From a virus (taxonomy: Duplodnaviria > Heunggongvirae > Uroviricota > Caudoviricetes): 45,498 bases of DNA. The translations under genes were made by a program, and so were the position numbers. Position 1 is the first letter of the stretch. Each line of letters starts with the position of its first letter. This document shows, in pieces, positions 1 to 10,406 of the stretch. Below the pieces are notes generated by a model that was not told the DNA's origin, made no database searches, and saw nothing but the letters and a program-made list of their open reading frames with translations. The stretch lies in the IMG/VR virus record IMGVR_UViG_2711768044_000004; one strand, 5' to 3'.

Positions 1-1284
1 TTACAGACTTCTGGAAGGTTGCGCAGCTCTTACAACACGCGGTTGATCTTCCGCAGCGTCTTCCAGCGCACTTAAATCACGGTCTTTCACCTCTGGCATT
101 TTCAGCGCAGAGATTAAACCAATCACTGAATATGCCATGATCATAATGGCGATCGGATACCAGGATTCCGTCATGGTGCAGAAAATACCCGCCAGGATAG
201 GACCAAAACCGGAAGCGATAAGACCACCAATTTCTTTAGAAATAGCCATCCGGGTAAAGCGGTTTTTACAGCCGAACATTTCTGCCATGGTAATGTTTTC
301 CAGAGCAAATAATCCCAGCACCGCACAGTTATGAATCACAATCAGTGCAACCATAATGGTGCTCGGGGCATAGCTTTTATCTACAATGATAGAAAGCATT
401 GGCCATGCCAGCACAATCGCGGAGGTATTCATAATAATATACGGGATCCGGCGACCAATTTTATCGGATAACCAACCAAGGAACGGAATGGTCATAAAGC
501 CGAGAATCGAACTAATCATCAATGCATCTGTTGGAATTGCTTTGTTAAACAATAACGTCTGCACTAAATAGCCTGCAAGGAAAGTCTGAATTAACCCGGA
601 GTTACCCGCCTGACCAAAACGCAGCCCTGTTGCCAGCCAGAAGGATTTGCTCTGGAACATGCTACCAGCAGGTGCAGGTTTTGCTGTGGGTTGGTTGCTG
701 TCATTAACCTTCTCAAAGACCGGGCTTTCTTTCAGATTCATACGTAACCAGATAGCAAAGACCATCACGACAACGCTCGCCAGGAACGGTATACGCCATC
801 CCCACGCCAGCAGTTCCTCTTTACTGAGAATGAAGAACACAAAGGCCCAGATTGCCGTTGCGCTCAAGGTTCCGCAGTTAGTTCCCATAGCTACAAATGA
901 GGAGATAATTCCGCGCTTACCTTTTGGTGCATATTCCGCCAGCATCGTACCGGCACCGGAAATTTCCGCACCTGCACCCAACCCCTGAATAATACGCAGC
1001 GTCACCAGCAAGATGGGGGCAAAAACACCAATCTGTGCATAGGTCGGTAACACACCAATTAAGGTGGTACAGATCCCCATCATGGTGATGGTAATAAAGA
1101 GCACTTTTTTACGCCCTATTCTGTCGCCCATTTTGCCGAAAATAAATGCTCCGACAATACGCGCCACATAACCTGCACCGTAGGTTCCCATTGCCAAAAT
1201 TAACGCCATTGCCGTTGATGATTCAGGAAAAAATATTTCATGAAACACTAACGCTGCGCCGAGCGAATATAACTGGAAATCCAT
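1..1284 (-). CDS. ydfJ: MFS-family metabolite transporter YdfJ (427 aa)
   Basis: Translation is hydrophobic throughout with multiple predicted membrane spans; matches my recollection of E. coli YdfJ; stop codon at bases 1-3. Confidence 0.8.
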   Translation of the reverse strand: MDFQLYSLGAALVFHEIFFPESSTAMALILAMGTYGAGYVARIVGAFIFGKMGDRIGRKKVLFITITMMGICTTLIGVLPTYAQIGVFAPILLVTLRIIQGLGAGAEISGAGTMLAEYAPKGKRGIISSFVAMGTNCGTLSATAIWAFVFFILSKEELLAWGWRIPFLASVVVMVFAIWLRMNLKESPVFEKVNDSNQPTAKPAPAGSMFQSKSFWLATGLRFGQAGNSGLIQTFLAGYLVQTLLFNKAIPTDALMISSILGFMTIPFLGWLSDKIGRRIPYIIMNTSAIVLAWPMLSIIVDKSYAPSTIMVALIVIHNCAVLGLFALENITMAEMFGCKNRFTRMAISKEIGGLIASGFGPILAGIFCTMTESWYPIAIMIMAYSVIGLISALKMPEVKDRDLSALEDAAEDQPRVVRAAQPSRSL

Positions 1285-1720
1285 AATTCACAGGTGTTTT
1301 TTTCTATCCTGTGGTTTCCTTGGGGTTTTCTACGTTTTTTCAGATGATTATATTTTTTTTAAACTTCCTAAACTCGATTTCACTGTTTATCTGAGTCCTT
1401 TTTGTGTCCCATATATGCCCCACAGGTGCCCCACGAATCAACCCATTACCGACAAACATACATAACCAGTGCGATAGCAAAACCAGTGGATGCGATCAGT
1501 GCTGATAATGCCAGAATTATCCCGGCAATCTGAGAATTTCAGCAACTCCCGGGAAGAGAACGCGCAACGGCAAAACATCCAATAACAATAAGTGCCGCAT
1601 AAAACATCCGTCTCTGCACCGGGCTTCTTTCGAACATTTTTAATGCTTCCACATCCAGTCTCCTCCGCTAAAATTAATCACGGAAGACCTCCATATCAAA
1701 CCATGTAATACTCTGAAGCT

Positions 1721-1760
1721 AAAAACCCCGCCTGCTGCCAACAGACGGGGCTTTGTTTTT
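1721..1760. terminator. GC-rich hairpin (ccccgcctg / cagacgggg) flanked by an A-run upstream and a T-run downstream; possible bidirectional intrinsic terminator
   Basis: Inverted repeat with one mismatch read directly from the sequence, followed by ctttgttttt. Confidence 0.45.
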
Positions 1761-1814
1761 CAGGCGCACAAAAAAACCGCATTCTCGCGGCCATGACATG
1801 ATCTCATCACGCCC

Positions 1815-1913
1815 TCACCACCATCGGATCTGCCCGACAAAATATCCAGACGCCAGAATCACAAAGATCAACCAGATGAGCAAAAACTTCCATGTGGATA
1901 ATTTTTCAGCCAT
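1815..1913 (-). CDS. Possible 32-aa hydrophobic peptide (MAEKLSTWKFLLIWLIFVILASGYFVGQIRWW); doubtful
   Basis: Short ATG-initiated ORF just downstream of the tail fibre assembly gene; weak ribosome-binding site; may be spurious. Confidence 0.2.
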   Translation of the reverse strand: MAEKLSTWKFLLIWLIFVILASGYFVGQIRWW

Positions 1914-1930
1914 AACTCGAATTTCCCGAA

Positions 1931-2539
1931 TCAGTTTGCAGGCCATCCGACGACATAACTGCGGATCGCCTTCAGCTCTGTCAGCGCCTCAACCTCTGCT
2001 TTCATCTGAAGCTGACGTGTATTAATCTCCACACCTTTCGCAAACATCGCCTGCTCTGTCGCATCTGCCAGCGCAATTATCTCCGCCGCCGTTACCGGCA
2101 CCACATTATTATCCCCGTCCGTCCAGGCAAAACCTTCCGGAAGACGGTTGTTCTCTGCCATCAGTCGTGTCGTGCTTATCCTGGACAACGTCTTCTTGCC
2201 GTAATCCCAGTTCCTTCCGTTGAATTCCATCACGTATTCCATATTCTCCTGCACATCACGCCAGATATTAATCTCTTCCCGTTTCGCCGCCTTTGCCGCT
2301 TCCACTACTGCAGCCGTGGCAACAAAGGCGGTCACACTTCCGTATGTTCCTGCTGTCAGACCAGACCATAAGGCTTTTCCGTGTTCAGTATTATCCGTTT
2401 CCGTTGCGGTATACGGCAGCCATACCGGCTCTCCTTTTTCATTGACCGCATCTTCAAACTGCACCTCACAGTTTATCCCGCCGTATTCGTTGTAGGCTGC
2501 ATTTCGTACTGCAATAATCTCTTTTCCCTTATCCACCAT
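1931..2539 (-). CDS. Tail fibre assembly protein (Tfa-like chaperone)
   Basis: 202 aa; position immediately after the side tail fibre gene; sequence resembles lambdoid Tfa proteins. Confidence 0.75.
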   Translation of the reverse strand: MVDKGKEIIAVRNAAYNEYGGINCEVQFEDAVNEKGEPVWLPYTATETDNTEHGKALWSGLTAGTYGSVTAFVATAAVVEAAKAAKREEINIWRDVQENMEYVMEFNGRNWDYGKKTLSRISTTRLMAENNRLPEGFAWTDGDNNVVPVTAAEIIALADATEQAMFAKGVEINTRQLQMKAEVEALTELKAIRSYVVGWPAN

Positions 2540-2546
2540 GACCTCC

Positions 2547-3740
2547 TCATGATATGCGCTGAAATAATCCTGCCTGTCTTATGCCTGCAGCAGATGTCCA
2601 TATAACCGGACCACATGCACGCCACGTGCCCGGTAAACGGGTATCCCCCACACGAGAGGAAGCAATCAGAGGAGTTCCATCCGAAAGGCAACATGCAGAC
2701 AGTGATGAGCCGGCAATGGCTGCGCCCGGTGCCATATCCCCCGAATAACTCGTCGCATAATACGCCGCAAGGACAAAAGAACCGACACCAAACAGTCCGC
2801 TGTCAGGACTTCCTGACGGTCCCTGTGGTCCTGCCGGGCCTGTGGCTCCCGTATCCCCTTTTGGCCCCTGTGGTCCTGCCGGGCCTGCAGCTCCCGTATC
2901 TCCCTTCGGTCCCTGCGGACCTTCCGGACCTGTAGCTCCCGTGTCTCCCTTTGGCCCCTGAGGTCCTGCCGGACCTGCGGCTCCCGTATCTCCTTTTGGC
3001 CCCTGAGGCCCTGCCTGACCTGCGGCTCCCGTATCCCCTTTCGGTCCCTGTGGACCTGCCGGACCTGTGGCTCCCGTATCACCTTTTTGACCCTGAGGCC
3101 CTGCCGGGCCTGCAGCTCCCGTATCCCCTTTCGGCCCCTGTGGACCTGCCGGGCCTGTATCCCCCTTGTCGCCCTTCGGTCCCTGTGGTCCGCCCGGATC
3201 GCCCTGCTCACCTTTCGGACCGGTATCCCCCTTATCGCCCTTGTCACCTTTATCCCCTTTCGGCCCCGGTGGCCCTGCCGGGCCTGTATCGCCCTTGTCC
3301 CCCTTCTGTCCCTGTGGACCAGTTGCTCCGGTGTCGCCTTTCGGTCCCTGTGGCCCCACGGCAGTTTCGGCTTTCCCAGCAGCTTCTCGCGCCCTGCGCA
3401 CAGCCTCATCCGCCGCCGCTTCCAGCTTCTTCAGTGCATCAGGGTAATACGCTGCATCCGTTTCACGGAGCAGAAAGGCATTCAGGGTGCCTGGTTCGTC
3501 GTCGGCCATGACATCAATCTCGCCGGCGCATGCCGGCTGACGACCTTCCACGCACAAGGTCACACGATAACGCCCCGGCTCAACCTGCATGCTGTAACTG
3601 CCAGTTTCGCCTGGCTGGTGCTCTGCCACCGTGGTGACTATCACCGTCTCGCTGGTTCTCACGGCTTTCAGCTCTATGGTACAGTCCGGTACCGGTTTTC
3701 CTGTACCATCCTTCAGCACACCTGAAATCTGTACTGACAT
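2547..3740 (-). CDS. Side tail fibre protein with a long collagen-like Gly-X-Y region
   Basis: 397 aa; about 60 consecutive G-X-Y triplets ([11 protein letters not shown]... repeats) between a conserved N-terminal region and a short C-terminal domain. Confidence 0.8.
   Translation of the reverse strand: MSVQISGVLKDGTGKPVPDCTIELKAVRTSETVIVTTVAEHQPGETGSYSMQVEPGRYRVTLCVEGRQPACAGEIDVMADDEPGTLNAFLLRETDAAYYPDALKKLEAAADEAVRRAREAAGKAETAVGPQGPKGDTGATGPQGQKGDKGDTGPAGPPGPKGDKGDKGDKGDTGPKGEQGDPGGPQGPKGDKGDTGPAGPQGPKGDTGAAGPAGPQGQKGDTGATGPAGPQGPKGDTGAAGQAGPQGPKGDTGAAGPAGPQGPKGDTGATGPEGPQGPKGDTGAAGPAGPQGPKGDTGATGPAGPQGPSGSPDSGLFGVGSFVLAAYYATSYSGDMAPGAAIAGSSLSACCLSDGTPLIASSRVGDTRLPGTWRACGPVIWTSAAGIRQAGLFQRIS
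2810..3360. repeat. Tandem DNA repeats of roughly 45 bp encoding the collagen-like triplets
   Basis: Near-identical repeated units visible in the DNA; also produce several long artefactual ORFs in other frames. Confidence 0.8.
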
Positions 3741-3754
3741 ATTCCCCCCACAAA

Positions 3755-3785
3755 AAAGCCCTCCAGAACCGGCGGGCTGTCATTA
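3755..3785 (-). terminator. Weak hairpin plus U-run between lom and the tail fibre gene
   Basis: Imperfect inverted repeat followed on the minus strand by tttttt. Confidence 0.3.
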
Positions 3786-3804
3786 CTCTGTGTTACCAGG
3801 CTAA

Positions 3805-4404
3805 TCAGAATTTATAACCGACCCCCACAATGAAACCGTCAGTGCGCCAGTCGCCACTGCCGGAGCCTTCATAAGCAATATCAATGGCCACGGATTCTGT
3901 CGGGTTAAACTGCACGCCAGCCCCCCATGCCAGAGACGTGTTGCTGTAGCGACCATCATCACTTCCGGTCAGCACATCGTGTGTTTTCCCCTTGTTGTCG
4001 GTCACCTGGAGATAATATCCGGAAAAGGTGGATACACGGCTGTAAGCCACCCCCGCCATCGCATACAAGCTGAACCCTTCATTCACGCGTACAGACGGTC
4101 CCGCCATCATGCTGAACCAACGGTTACGCACAGAGTCTTCATGCCAGCGGCTATCACTGTAACGGGTAAGCTGGCGATTCCTGTCTCCTGCATAGCTGAA
4201 TGACGTCACCAGCCCCAGCGTGTCCGTAAATTCATAGCGGTATTTCACGTTGAATCCTGTTAAATCATCACTACCGTACATATCAGAATGAATATGAAGA
4301 TACCCGGCACTCAGTGTGGAGGGATGCTCTGCTGCACCTGCGGGCGCGCCCGCAGCAACCAGCAAGACGACTGCAGACAAAATAACAGTACATAATTTAC
4401 GCAT
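3805..4404 (-). CDS. lom: Lom/Ail/PagC-family outer membrane protein
   Basis: 199 aa with a signal-peptide-like N-terminus and beta-barrel-like alternating pattern ending in a C-terminal Phe; sits just after J as in lambda. Confidence 0.8.
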   Translation of the reverse strand: MRKLCTVILSAVVLLVAAGAPAGAAEHPSTLSAGYLHIHSDMYGSDDLTGFNVKYRYEFTDTLGLVTSFSYAGDRNRQLTRYSDSRWHEDSVRNRWFSMMAGPSVRVNEGFSLYAMAGVAYSRVSTFSGYYLQVTDNKGKTHDVLTGSDDGRYSNTSLAWGAGVQFNPTESVAIDIAYEGSGSGDWRTDGFIVGVGYKF

Positions 4405-4426
4405 AATTACCTCTCGCTTTTCTGCA

Positions 4427-4452
4427 ATAAAAAAGGCGCCATTTCTGGCACC
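4427..4452 (-). terminator. Intrinsic terminator between J and lom
   Basis: On the minus strand, stem ggtgcca/tggcgcc (one G-U pair) with a GAAA loop, followed by UUUUUUAUU. Confidence 0.5.
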
Positions 4453-4536
4453 TAATCTGGGTTATAAAAATGTCAACGGATACTGAAGCCTGAACCCCCG
4501 GAGACTTTTCCGGTAGTTGTGGCATCTTCATCGTGT

Positions 4537-7500
4537 TTACGCCTTCGACATCCAGATAACCGTCACTGCATTATCTGAAACCGACACCGTCACGGGTGTC
4601 CCCGCATTCAGCCTGAATACTTTGATCCAGATTGTGCTGTAGACAGGTCTGTAACTGCCGCCACCATGCCCCGGACTTCCGCCGCTCCAGACACTGTCTG
4701 TCTGCATCCTCGAAAGGATCGCAGAGGAAACCGGTGTCTGCTCGTTACCGTTAAAGTACAGGTGTTCAGCACTGCCCAGCATCACCAGATTCATGGTAAA
4801 TACCTGAGCCGGTATATACACACTGTTACCGTTAAGCACATACGTCTTCGCAATATCTCCGGTTATCTGTGCTGCAGATAAATTTCCCTTAATCACACAG
4901 TCCTGGTTTATCGTCACATTGTTGAGCGTGCCTGAACTGGCGGTGATACTGCCGCTGATATCCGCATTTTTAGCGGTCAGCTTTCCATCCGCAGTCAGGG
5001 AAAATGCAGGGGGATTACCGCCGCTGGTAATGGTGGGAGCCGTCAGGCGCTTCAGGAACACGTCGTTCATGAATATCTGATCGCCCTGTGCCACAAACAT
5101 CGGCGTTGAGTTACCGTTTGCCGGATCAATAAACGCGATACGGTTGGCGGCAACCAGAAACTCGCTCAGTTTTCCTTCTTCCGTCTCCTCCATGCTGAGG
5201 CCAAGCCCGGCAACATAATGCTTACCGTCTTCGGTCTGCTCAATTTTGACGCCCCACATGGCATTCCATTTATCGTTGGCGTCTTTCCACTCTTTCGAAA
5301 ACTCATCCAGTCTGCTGGCGTTATCCTCCGTCAGGTCTACTTTTTCCAGCAGCTCTTTACCTAGATGGGATTCGGTTATCTGGCCTTTGAAAAAATCCAG
5401 GTAACCTTCCGCATCATCGCTCGCCCGACCGACGGCTTCCACGAATGCTGATTTGCCAACGGTGTTCACACTGCGAACGTAAAAATAATAATCATGGCCC
5501 GGCCTGATATTGATACTGGCGGCTATCCAGTACAGCGCCGTGCCAAGATAGCGGGCTGTGGTTTCAACCTGCCTGATTTCCGCAATCTGCTTTTCCGAGA
5601 ACCAGAACTCAAACTGTACCGTCGGGTCATATACAGCCAGTTTCGGGACCGCCGTTATCTGAAAATACCCAGGTATCAGTTCAATGGTGGCAGGCTCTGC
5701 CGGGGCGTCAATCCGGAAGGTGGTGGTGGCGGGTTCCCCCTGCTGACCATAGCTGTTTATCGCCCTGACGGTCAGAGTGTACTCCCCCAGTGGCAGGCCG
5801 CTGAAGCGGTGCTCAGTGTCTGCAGTGATGGCGGTGGTCACCAGACGGCTGTCATCGCCACTTCCGCTGGTCAGGCGAAGGCTGAAGCGCACGCCCTTCA
5901 CCACCCGTGGCGTGTCCCATTTCGCCTCCGCCAGATACTGACCGTCAGACGCGCTCACCTCCACCGTGAGATGCTGCACTGCCGGAGGTGTGATACTGTT
6001 CAGCGAACCGGGCAACGGCTCAAAGGTGGCACCATTATCCACGATGGCCTCCTTCTCCGGCACATGCTGCACCGCCGTGATGGCGAAAGTGCCGTCCGCA
6101 TTTTCGCGGATCGCCACACACCGGAACAGACGGCGGCGTAGTCCTGGTAATGCCAGCCCCCAGATACTGTATTGCCCCACCCCGTCAGGCAGTGTGCTGA
6201 CCTGTATCCGGTCAGGTGACAGCTGCCCGGTGATCTCCACACTCACCGGCTTACCACTGCCATTTATCAGATTTACTGTGGATGTGCCCTTCTCCGGTAG
6301 GATGACTTCTCGGTCCAGCGTCAGGATCCGGCTGACGTTGTCGATGGACAGGATACGCCCGCCGATCACAGTACCGGCATACGCATTATCACTGATTTCA
6401 ATGATATCGCCAGGCGTGTGACGCAGTCCCTCCGCCCCCACGCTGAAATCCACCGTCTGTGTTTCCAGCAGCTCTGTCTTTATCACCCACAGGCCTGCCC
6501 GGTGAGCCTGACCACGGCTAGTACAGCCAAACGCATCCATCTTCAGCAGATTGCGTCCGTAGCGCAGTATGGCATCCGGATCCTCAACAAGTTCAGTCGA
6601 TGTCTGCCAGCCATTCTGCGGATCGGTGTAATTCACCTCAACAGCCGTGTGTCTGTCCTTAAGGGCACTGAAGCTGTAATGAAAACTCACACCATCCTCC
6701 CCCGTCACCACATTACCGGCGGTATAAGTCCAGACCACATCCGATGGTCTGTCCTGAACAAACGTCAGCGTCTGCCCGTTCCATACCGGCATACAACGCA
6801 TCGTGGAGCAGAAATCCCCCAGGACATCCCATGCCTTACGCTGTTGTGACAGGTACGCATTAAAGGTCATACGGGGTTCGGTGCCACCATAGCCGTCCGG
6901 TACAGGCTGGTCACAGTACTGCCCGATGGCATAGAGTGCCCATTTGTCCACCTCTGACATCCCCAGCCGTTTTCCCATCCCGTAACGCGGATGAGTGAGC
7001 ATGTCCCACAGACACCAGGCCGGATTATTGCTGTATGCCGGTTTTAATGTGCCATCCCAGATACCGCTGTAGGTCCGTTTTTCAGGATCATAATTTGACG
7101 GCACCTGAAGGATACGTCCCCGGATATGGTAATTCACCGTCACCTGCTGGCTGCCGAACTGTTCTGCATCCACCTGCAGCCCCACGATGGCCGTGTTCGG
7201 GTAACACTGTTTCACATCAATCAGTTCTGTGTAAGAAGACCACAGGGTTCTGTTCTGTAACTGGTCTGAGGTGCTGTCTTCCGTCACCCGGAGCAGTCTG
7301 ACGTTAAACGGACGGGGTGGCAGATTATCCAGCACCACTGAAGCCAGATACTGTGTGGTGCTCTTGCCGTTAATGGTGATATCTTTCTCCGTCACCCAGT
7401 GACCGTTGTGCTCAAGCTGGATCAGCAGCCGGACAGAAGACGGATTGCGGTCCCCCTTTGAGGTGGTCTCTACCAGAGACTGCACCCCGAAGGTGACACG

Positions 7501-7836
7501 CAGACGGTCAATGTTCGCTGACGTGATAGTGCGTGTCACCGGTTTTGCCTTTGTCACCTCCACACCCAGCACAGTTTCCGCCCCTGAGGACTCAAACCCT
7601 TCCGGCGGCGTCTGCTCCTGTTCCCCGGACCGCCAGACTGCAGTCACACCATGTACCACCGGGTTACCGTCCGTATCCGTCAGCGGCGTTTTGTTCACCA
7701 GAATACTCTGCAGGCCGTTCACTGGTCCCTCTACAGGGCCTTCTCCCAGAGCATCAATAACACTCAGCATCTGCGTGGACTTCAGGTTATCCTTCGCCTC
7801 ACGCGGTGTGTGTCCCTTGCCGCCCCCTTTACCCAT
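4537..7836 (-). CDS. J: Tail tip host-specificity protein (lambda gpJ homologue)
   Basis: 1099 aa; N-terminus [22 protein letters not shown]... and long internal stretches match my recollection of lambda J; the C-terminal receptor-binding part differs. Confidence 0.9.
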   Translation of the reverse strand: MGKGGGKGHTPREAKDNLKSTQMLSVIDALGEGPVEGPVNGLQSILVNKTPLTDTDGNPVVHGVTAVWRSGEQEQTPPEGFESSGAETVLGVEVTKAKPVTRTITSANIDRLRVTFGVQSLVETTSKGDRNPSSVRLLIQLEHNGHWVTEKDITINGKSTTQYLASVVLDNLPPRPFNVRLLRVTEDSTSDQLQNRTLWSSYTELIDVKQCYPNTAIVGLQVDAEQFGSQQVTVNYHIRGRILQVPSNYDPEKRTYSGIWDGTLKPAYSNNPAWCLWDMLTHPRYGMGKRLGMSEVDKWALYAIGQYCDQPVPDGYGGTEPRMTFNAYLSQQRKAWDVLGDFCSTMRCMPVWNGQTLTFVQDRPSDVVWTYTAGNVVTGEDGVSFHYSFSALKDRHTAVEVNYTDPQNGWQTSTELVEDPDAILRYGRNLLKMDAFGCTSRGQAHRAGLWVIKTELLETQTVDFSVGAEGLRHTPGDIIEISDNAYAGTVIGGRILSIDNVSRILTLDREVILPEKGTSTVNLINGSGKPVSVEITGQLSPDRIQVSTLPDGVGQYSIWGLALPGLRRRLFRCVAIRENADGTFAITAVQHVPEKEAIVDNGATFEPLPGSLNSITPPAVQHLTVEVSASDGQYLAEAKWDTPRVVKGVRFSLRLTSGSGDDSRLVTTAITADTEHRFSGLPLGEYTLTVRAINSYGQQGEPATTTFRIDAPAEPATIELIPGYFQITAVPKLAVYDPTVQFEFWFSEKQIAEIRQVETTARYLGTALYWIAASINIRPGHDYYFYVRSVNTVGKSAFVEAVGRASDDAEGYLDFFKGQITESHLGKELLEKVDLTEDNASRLDEFSKEWKDANDKWNAMWGVKIEQTEDGKHYVAGLGLSMEETEEGKLSEFLVAANRIAFIDPANGNSTPMFVAQGDQIFMNDVFLKRLTAPTITSGGNPPAFSLTADGKLTAKNADISGSITASSGTLNNVTINQDCVIKGNLSAAQITGDIAKTYVLNGNSVYIPAQVFTMNLVMLGSAEHLYFNGNEQTPVSSAILSRMQTDSVWSGGSPGHGGGSYRPVYSTIWIKVFRLNAGTPVTVSVSDNAVTVIWMSKA

Positions 7837-8075
7837 TGCGTCACCCTTTACTGTCTGATGTCAGCGTCTGTTTATGTGCAAAAACAACAGGCACCCCGTG
7901 GGATGCCTGTCTGTTGACTGAATAAAATTTCTGAATTTCTTCACATTTTCGGAGACTGAGTGTCGCCAGGAAAATTTCAGCGCATTACATTGTGCAGGCT
8001 GAGAAAATAACTTCTTAAAATTAATATTCATCATTTCCCCCACAGTCTGGCCAATACTGTGGGTGTTTTTTATTC

Positions 8076-8732
8076 TCATCCCCGACCAATAACTACCGCC
8101 TGCCCGTCTCCGCCTTCATCACGGGTGCTGATGTCCTGGGATATCCGCCGCGACCCCACAAGCATCTCACCATAAGGCACCGGCATCGGGTTACCCTGGG
8201 CAATCATGTTGTCCAGTGAGGAGAAATACGTGTTCTGCTTACCATTATCAGCACTGTTGTATTCCGGTGTTTTCGGTTTCGGTGCCAGCATCTGCGCCAC
8301 ACCGCCAATCATCATTGCCACACCGAATTTCATCATTCCCGCACCGAATGCCGACAGGGTACCTGCACTGAAGTAACTGATGACGGCCCCGGCTACCGTC
8401 AGCACGGCCCCTGCCACAACCTGAAAGACGCCGCCACTTTTCGCGCCTTCAGTCCTGGGAACGAGATGAATGACATCACCGTCACGCAGTGACTCATGCA
8501 GTCGTGCATGGAGCACCTGCTCTGACGTATCCCTCCCGGCAATGCGTAACTGATACCAGCCTGAAGAGAGCATCTGCCGGAACCCTGGCAACTGAACCGA
8601 CAGTGCCCTGATGGCTTCAGCAGCATCCTTTACCTGCAGCCTGAAGCGGCGGCCAAATCGTTGTAAATCCCCGTAAAGGCAGAAACACACCACCGGTGAT
8701 GCCGCCATATCGAATGTGTCCGTCGTTGCCAT
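8076..8732 (-). CDS. I: Tail assembly protein I
   Basis: 218 aa; position and size as in lambda; hydrophobic Gly/Ala-rich central segment. Confidence 0.8.
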   Translation of the reverse strand: MATTDTFDMAASPVVCFCLYGDLQRFGRRFRLQVKDAAEAIRALSVQLPGFRQMLSSGWYQLRIAGRDTSEQVLHARLHESLRDGDVIHLVPRTEGAKSGGVFQVVAGAVLTVAGAVISYFSAGTLSAFGAGMMKFGVAMMIGGVAQMLAPKPKTPEYNSADNGKQNTYFSSLDNMIAQGNPMPVPYGEMLVGSRRISQDISTRDEGGDGQAVVIGRG

Positions 8733-9382
8733 TTTTCAGAATACCTCTCCCGTTTACTCAGTTGTTCAGGTATATGGTGAAGCAGCTCACCATTGCCACA
8801 GTAAATGGCAGCATGATTGGGTACCGATGAACCAAAACAGCACAGCAGAATGTCTCCCGCCTGTGCACCGGACAGGGATACCCGGTAAAAGCCGTTTTCC
8901 GCCAGATTGTCCAGGTACAGGTTCTGACCGTTGCGCCACCAGTCATCCTCACGCGCAAAATCCGGCAGCGTTATCCCCGCCAGATGGTATGCATCCCGGA
9001 ACAGGGTGTAACAGTCCGTCACACCGTGTTCAAAACGCCGTCCTGTGAGGTGCGGAACGCAGCGGAAATGATGAATTTCGCCCCGGCAGACCAGCCACCA
9101 GGGAATTGCACTTTTTACCTGCAGCCGCCGGTCCGCCTCGCTCAGCCAGGGCAGACCGCCGGGATGACTGTGGACCAGCGCCACAATCTCCCCCTGCATA
9201 TCCGCCTGCAGCCAGTCTTCCGGCGCAATACGAAAATACGCCTCCGGCTCTGCAGAAATATTCACGCACGGCTGATACTGCTCCCCCTCCGGCGTTCTCA
9301 CCACGAAGCCGCACGACTCCGCTGGCGCACACCGCCGTGCATGCGCCAGAATGGCTGATTCAGTCTGTTCCATGATAATCAC
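8630..9382 (-). CDS. K: Tail assembly protein K (JAMM/MPN-type HSHP motif plus NlpC/P60-like Cys-His region)
   Basis: HSHPGG motif and a DCYTLF...H region visible in the translation; the ORF overlaps the start of I by about 100 nt. Confidence 0.8.
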   Translation of the reverse strand: MIIMEQTESAILAHARRCAPAESCGFVVRTPEGEQYQPCVNISAEPEAYFRIAPEDWLQADMQGEIVALVHSHPGGLPWLSEADRRLQVKSAIPWWLVCRGEIHHFRCVPHLTGRRFEHGVTDCYTLFRDAYHLAGITLPDFAREDDWWRNGQNLYLDNLAENGFYRVSLSGAQAGDILLCCFGSSVPNHAAIYCGNGELLHHIPEQLSKRERYSEKWQRRTHSIWRHHRWCVSAFTGIYNDLAAASGCR

Positions 9383-10077
9383 TGTGAAAGTTTATTAATG
9401 GAAAGGAAAAAACCGCCGTTTGCCACATTCCCGCGCATTTCACAACCGCGCAGGCACTTGCTGCATTTGTCTTTCCTGATATCCGTGGTGGGTTTGTCGA
9501 ACTCGTCAGCCACTGCCGGGCCGTTATACCCACATTCCTCTCCACGGTAATCCCACGGACAGGTATTGGCCAGCATGATACGACCGGGAAACAGCGCCCC
9601 GTCCGTCTCTGCCGGTGTCGCCAGGATAAAGGTCGCCTTTTCGCAGGTCAGCTCTGACAACTGCTCCACCACCCAGCGGTCTGTCAGCTCCTGCTCAGGG
9701 TCTGCCTCCGGGTTTCCCGCAACAAAATTCACGGCATCGAGAAAACGGGCATACACCCGGCGGCGGACCACCGTGGCCCCCACCAGACTCTGCAAATCCT
9801 CTGCCATGCCGGTGACCAGTCCGAACAGATTCGAGACAATCAGCGACGGTCGCGCACTGCTGCCCTTGCCGTTCATCTCAAAGCCGCTGCCCTCTATCGG
9901 GTACGCCTGATACTGACGCCCCTGCCAGGTGACAGGCTCGCCCTTTTCATTGAGCTCGCTGCAGAAAAAATACCGCTCACCGCCCTGTACCGTCAGGTCG
10001 ATTTCCCACAACACCACGCGGGCGGACTGCGCTGATTTTACCGTCTCGTTCAGACTCTCCTCATGAATTTCCTGCAT
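9379..10077 (-). CDS. L: Minor tail protein L
   Basis: 232 aa; strongly similar to my recollection of lambda gpL. Confidence 0.9.
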   Translation of the reverse strand: MQEIHEESLNETVKSAQSARVVLWEIDLTVQGGERYFFCSELNEKGEPVTWQGRQYQAYPIEGSGFEMNGKGSSARPSLIVSNLFGLVTGMAEDLQSLVGATVVRRRVYARFLDAVNFVAGNPEADPEQELTDRWVVEQLSELTCEKATFILATPAETDGALFPGRIMLANTCPWDYRGEECGYNGPAVADEFDKPTTDIRKDKCSKCLRGCEMRGNVANGGFFLSINKLSQ

Positions 10078-10406
10078 CAGTTCACCACCTGTTTAAACTC
10101 CGCACTGAATTCCACACGCAGCATATTTATCCTGGAGGTCCATTTAGCGCATGTCACCTTTATCTGCCTGTACGTATAAGGCGGCGTCCACAGAAACGCC
10201 TTCCAGCCCCCGTGCTCTGCCAGAAAATCTTCCAGCCGTCTGGCATCATCACGGGTCACGGACAGCGAAACATTGTAGATTTTCAGATCCGCATTCAGCC
10301 CGGCAGGCGCACGCTGGGAATACCCGTCCCCAAAACGCACTTCCATAACCGACGGCTCAGAGGTCACTTCCATTCCCGGCTTCACTTTCCAGCGAAATGT
10401 TTTCAA
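10077..10406 (-). CDS. M: Minor tail protein M
   Basis: 109 aa; size and position as lambda gpM. Confidence 0.85.
   Translation of the reverse strand: MKTFRWKVKPGMEVTSEPSVMEVRFGDGYSQRAPAGLNADLKIYNVSLSVTRDDARRLEDFLAEHGGWKAFLWTPPYTYRQIKVTCAKWTSRINMLRVEFSAEFKQVVN

Noticed and set aside
2615-3725. Several long ORFs in other frames and on the plus strand across the tail fibre gene (2615..2935, 2666..3409, 2951..3511, 3087..3725, 3166..3447)
   Set aside because: They are by-products of the collagen-like tandem repeat, whose periodicity keeps several frames open; their translations are low-complexity Pro/Arg/Leu-rich strings.
4666-7858. Antisense and alternate-frame ORFs inside the J gene (for example 5494..6141, 5966..6421, 6418..6849, 7406..7858)
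   Set aside because: They lie entirely inside a well-supported 1099-aa tail gene, lack ribosome-binding sites, and have Arg/Pro/Ser-rich compositions typical of off-frame GC-rich sequence.
8630-8732. About 100-nt overlap between the end of K and the start of I, which might indicate a frameshift error or a mis-set start
   Set aside because: Out-of-frame overlaps are common in tail modules and I cannot distinguish a real overlap from an error by eye; left as annotated.
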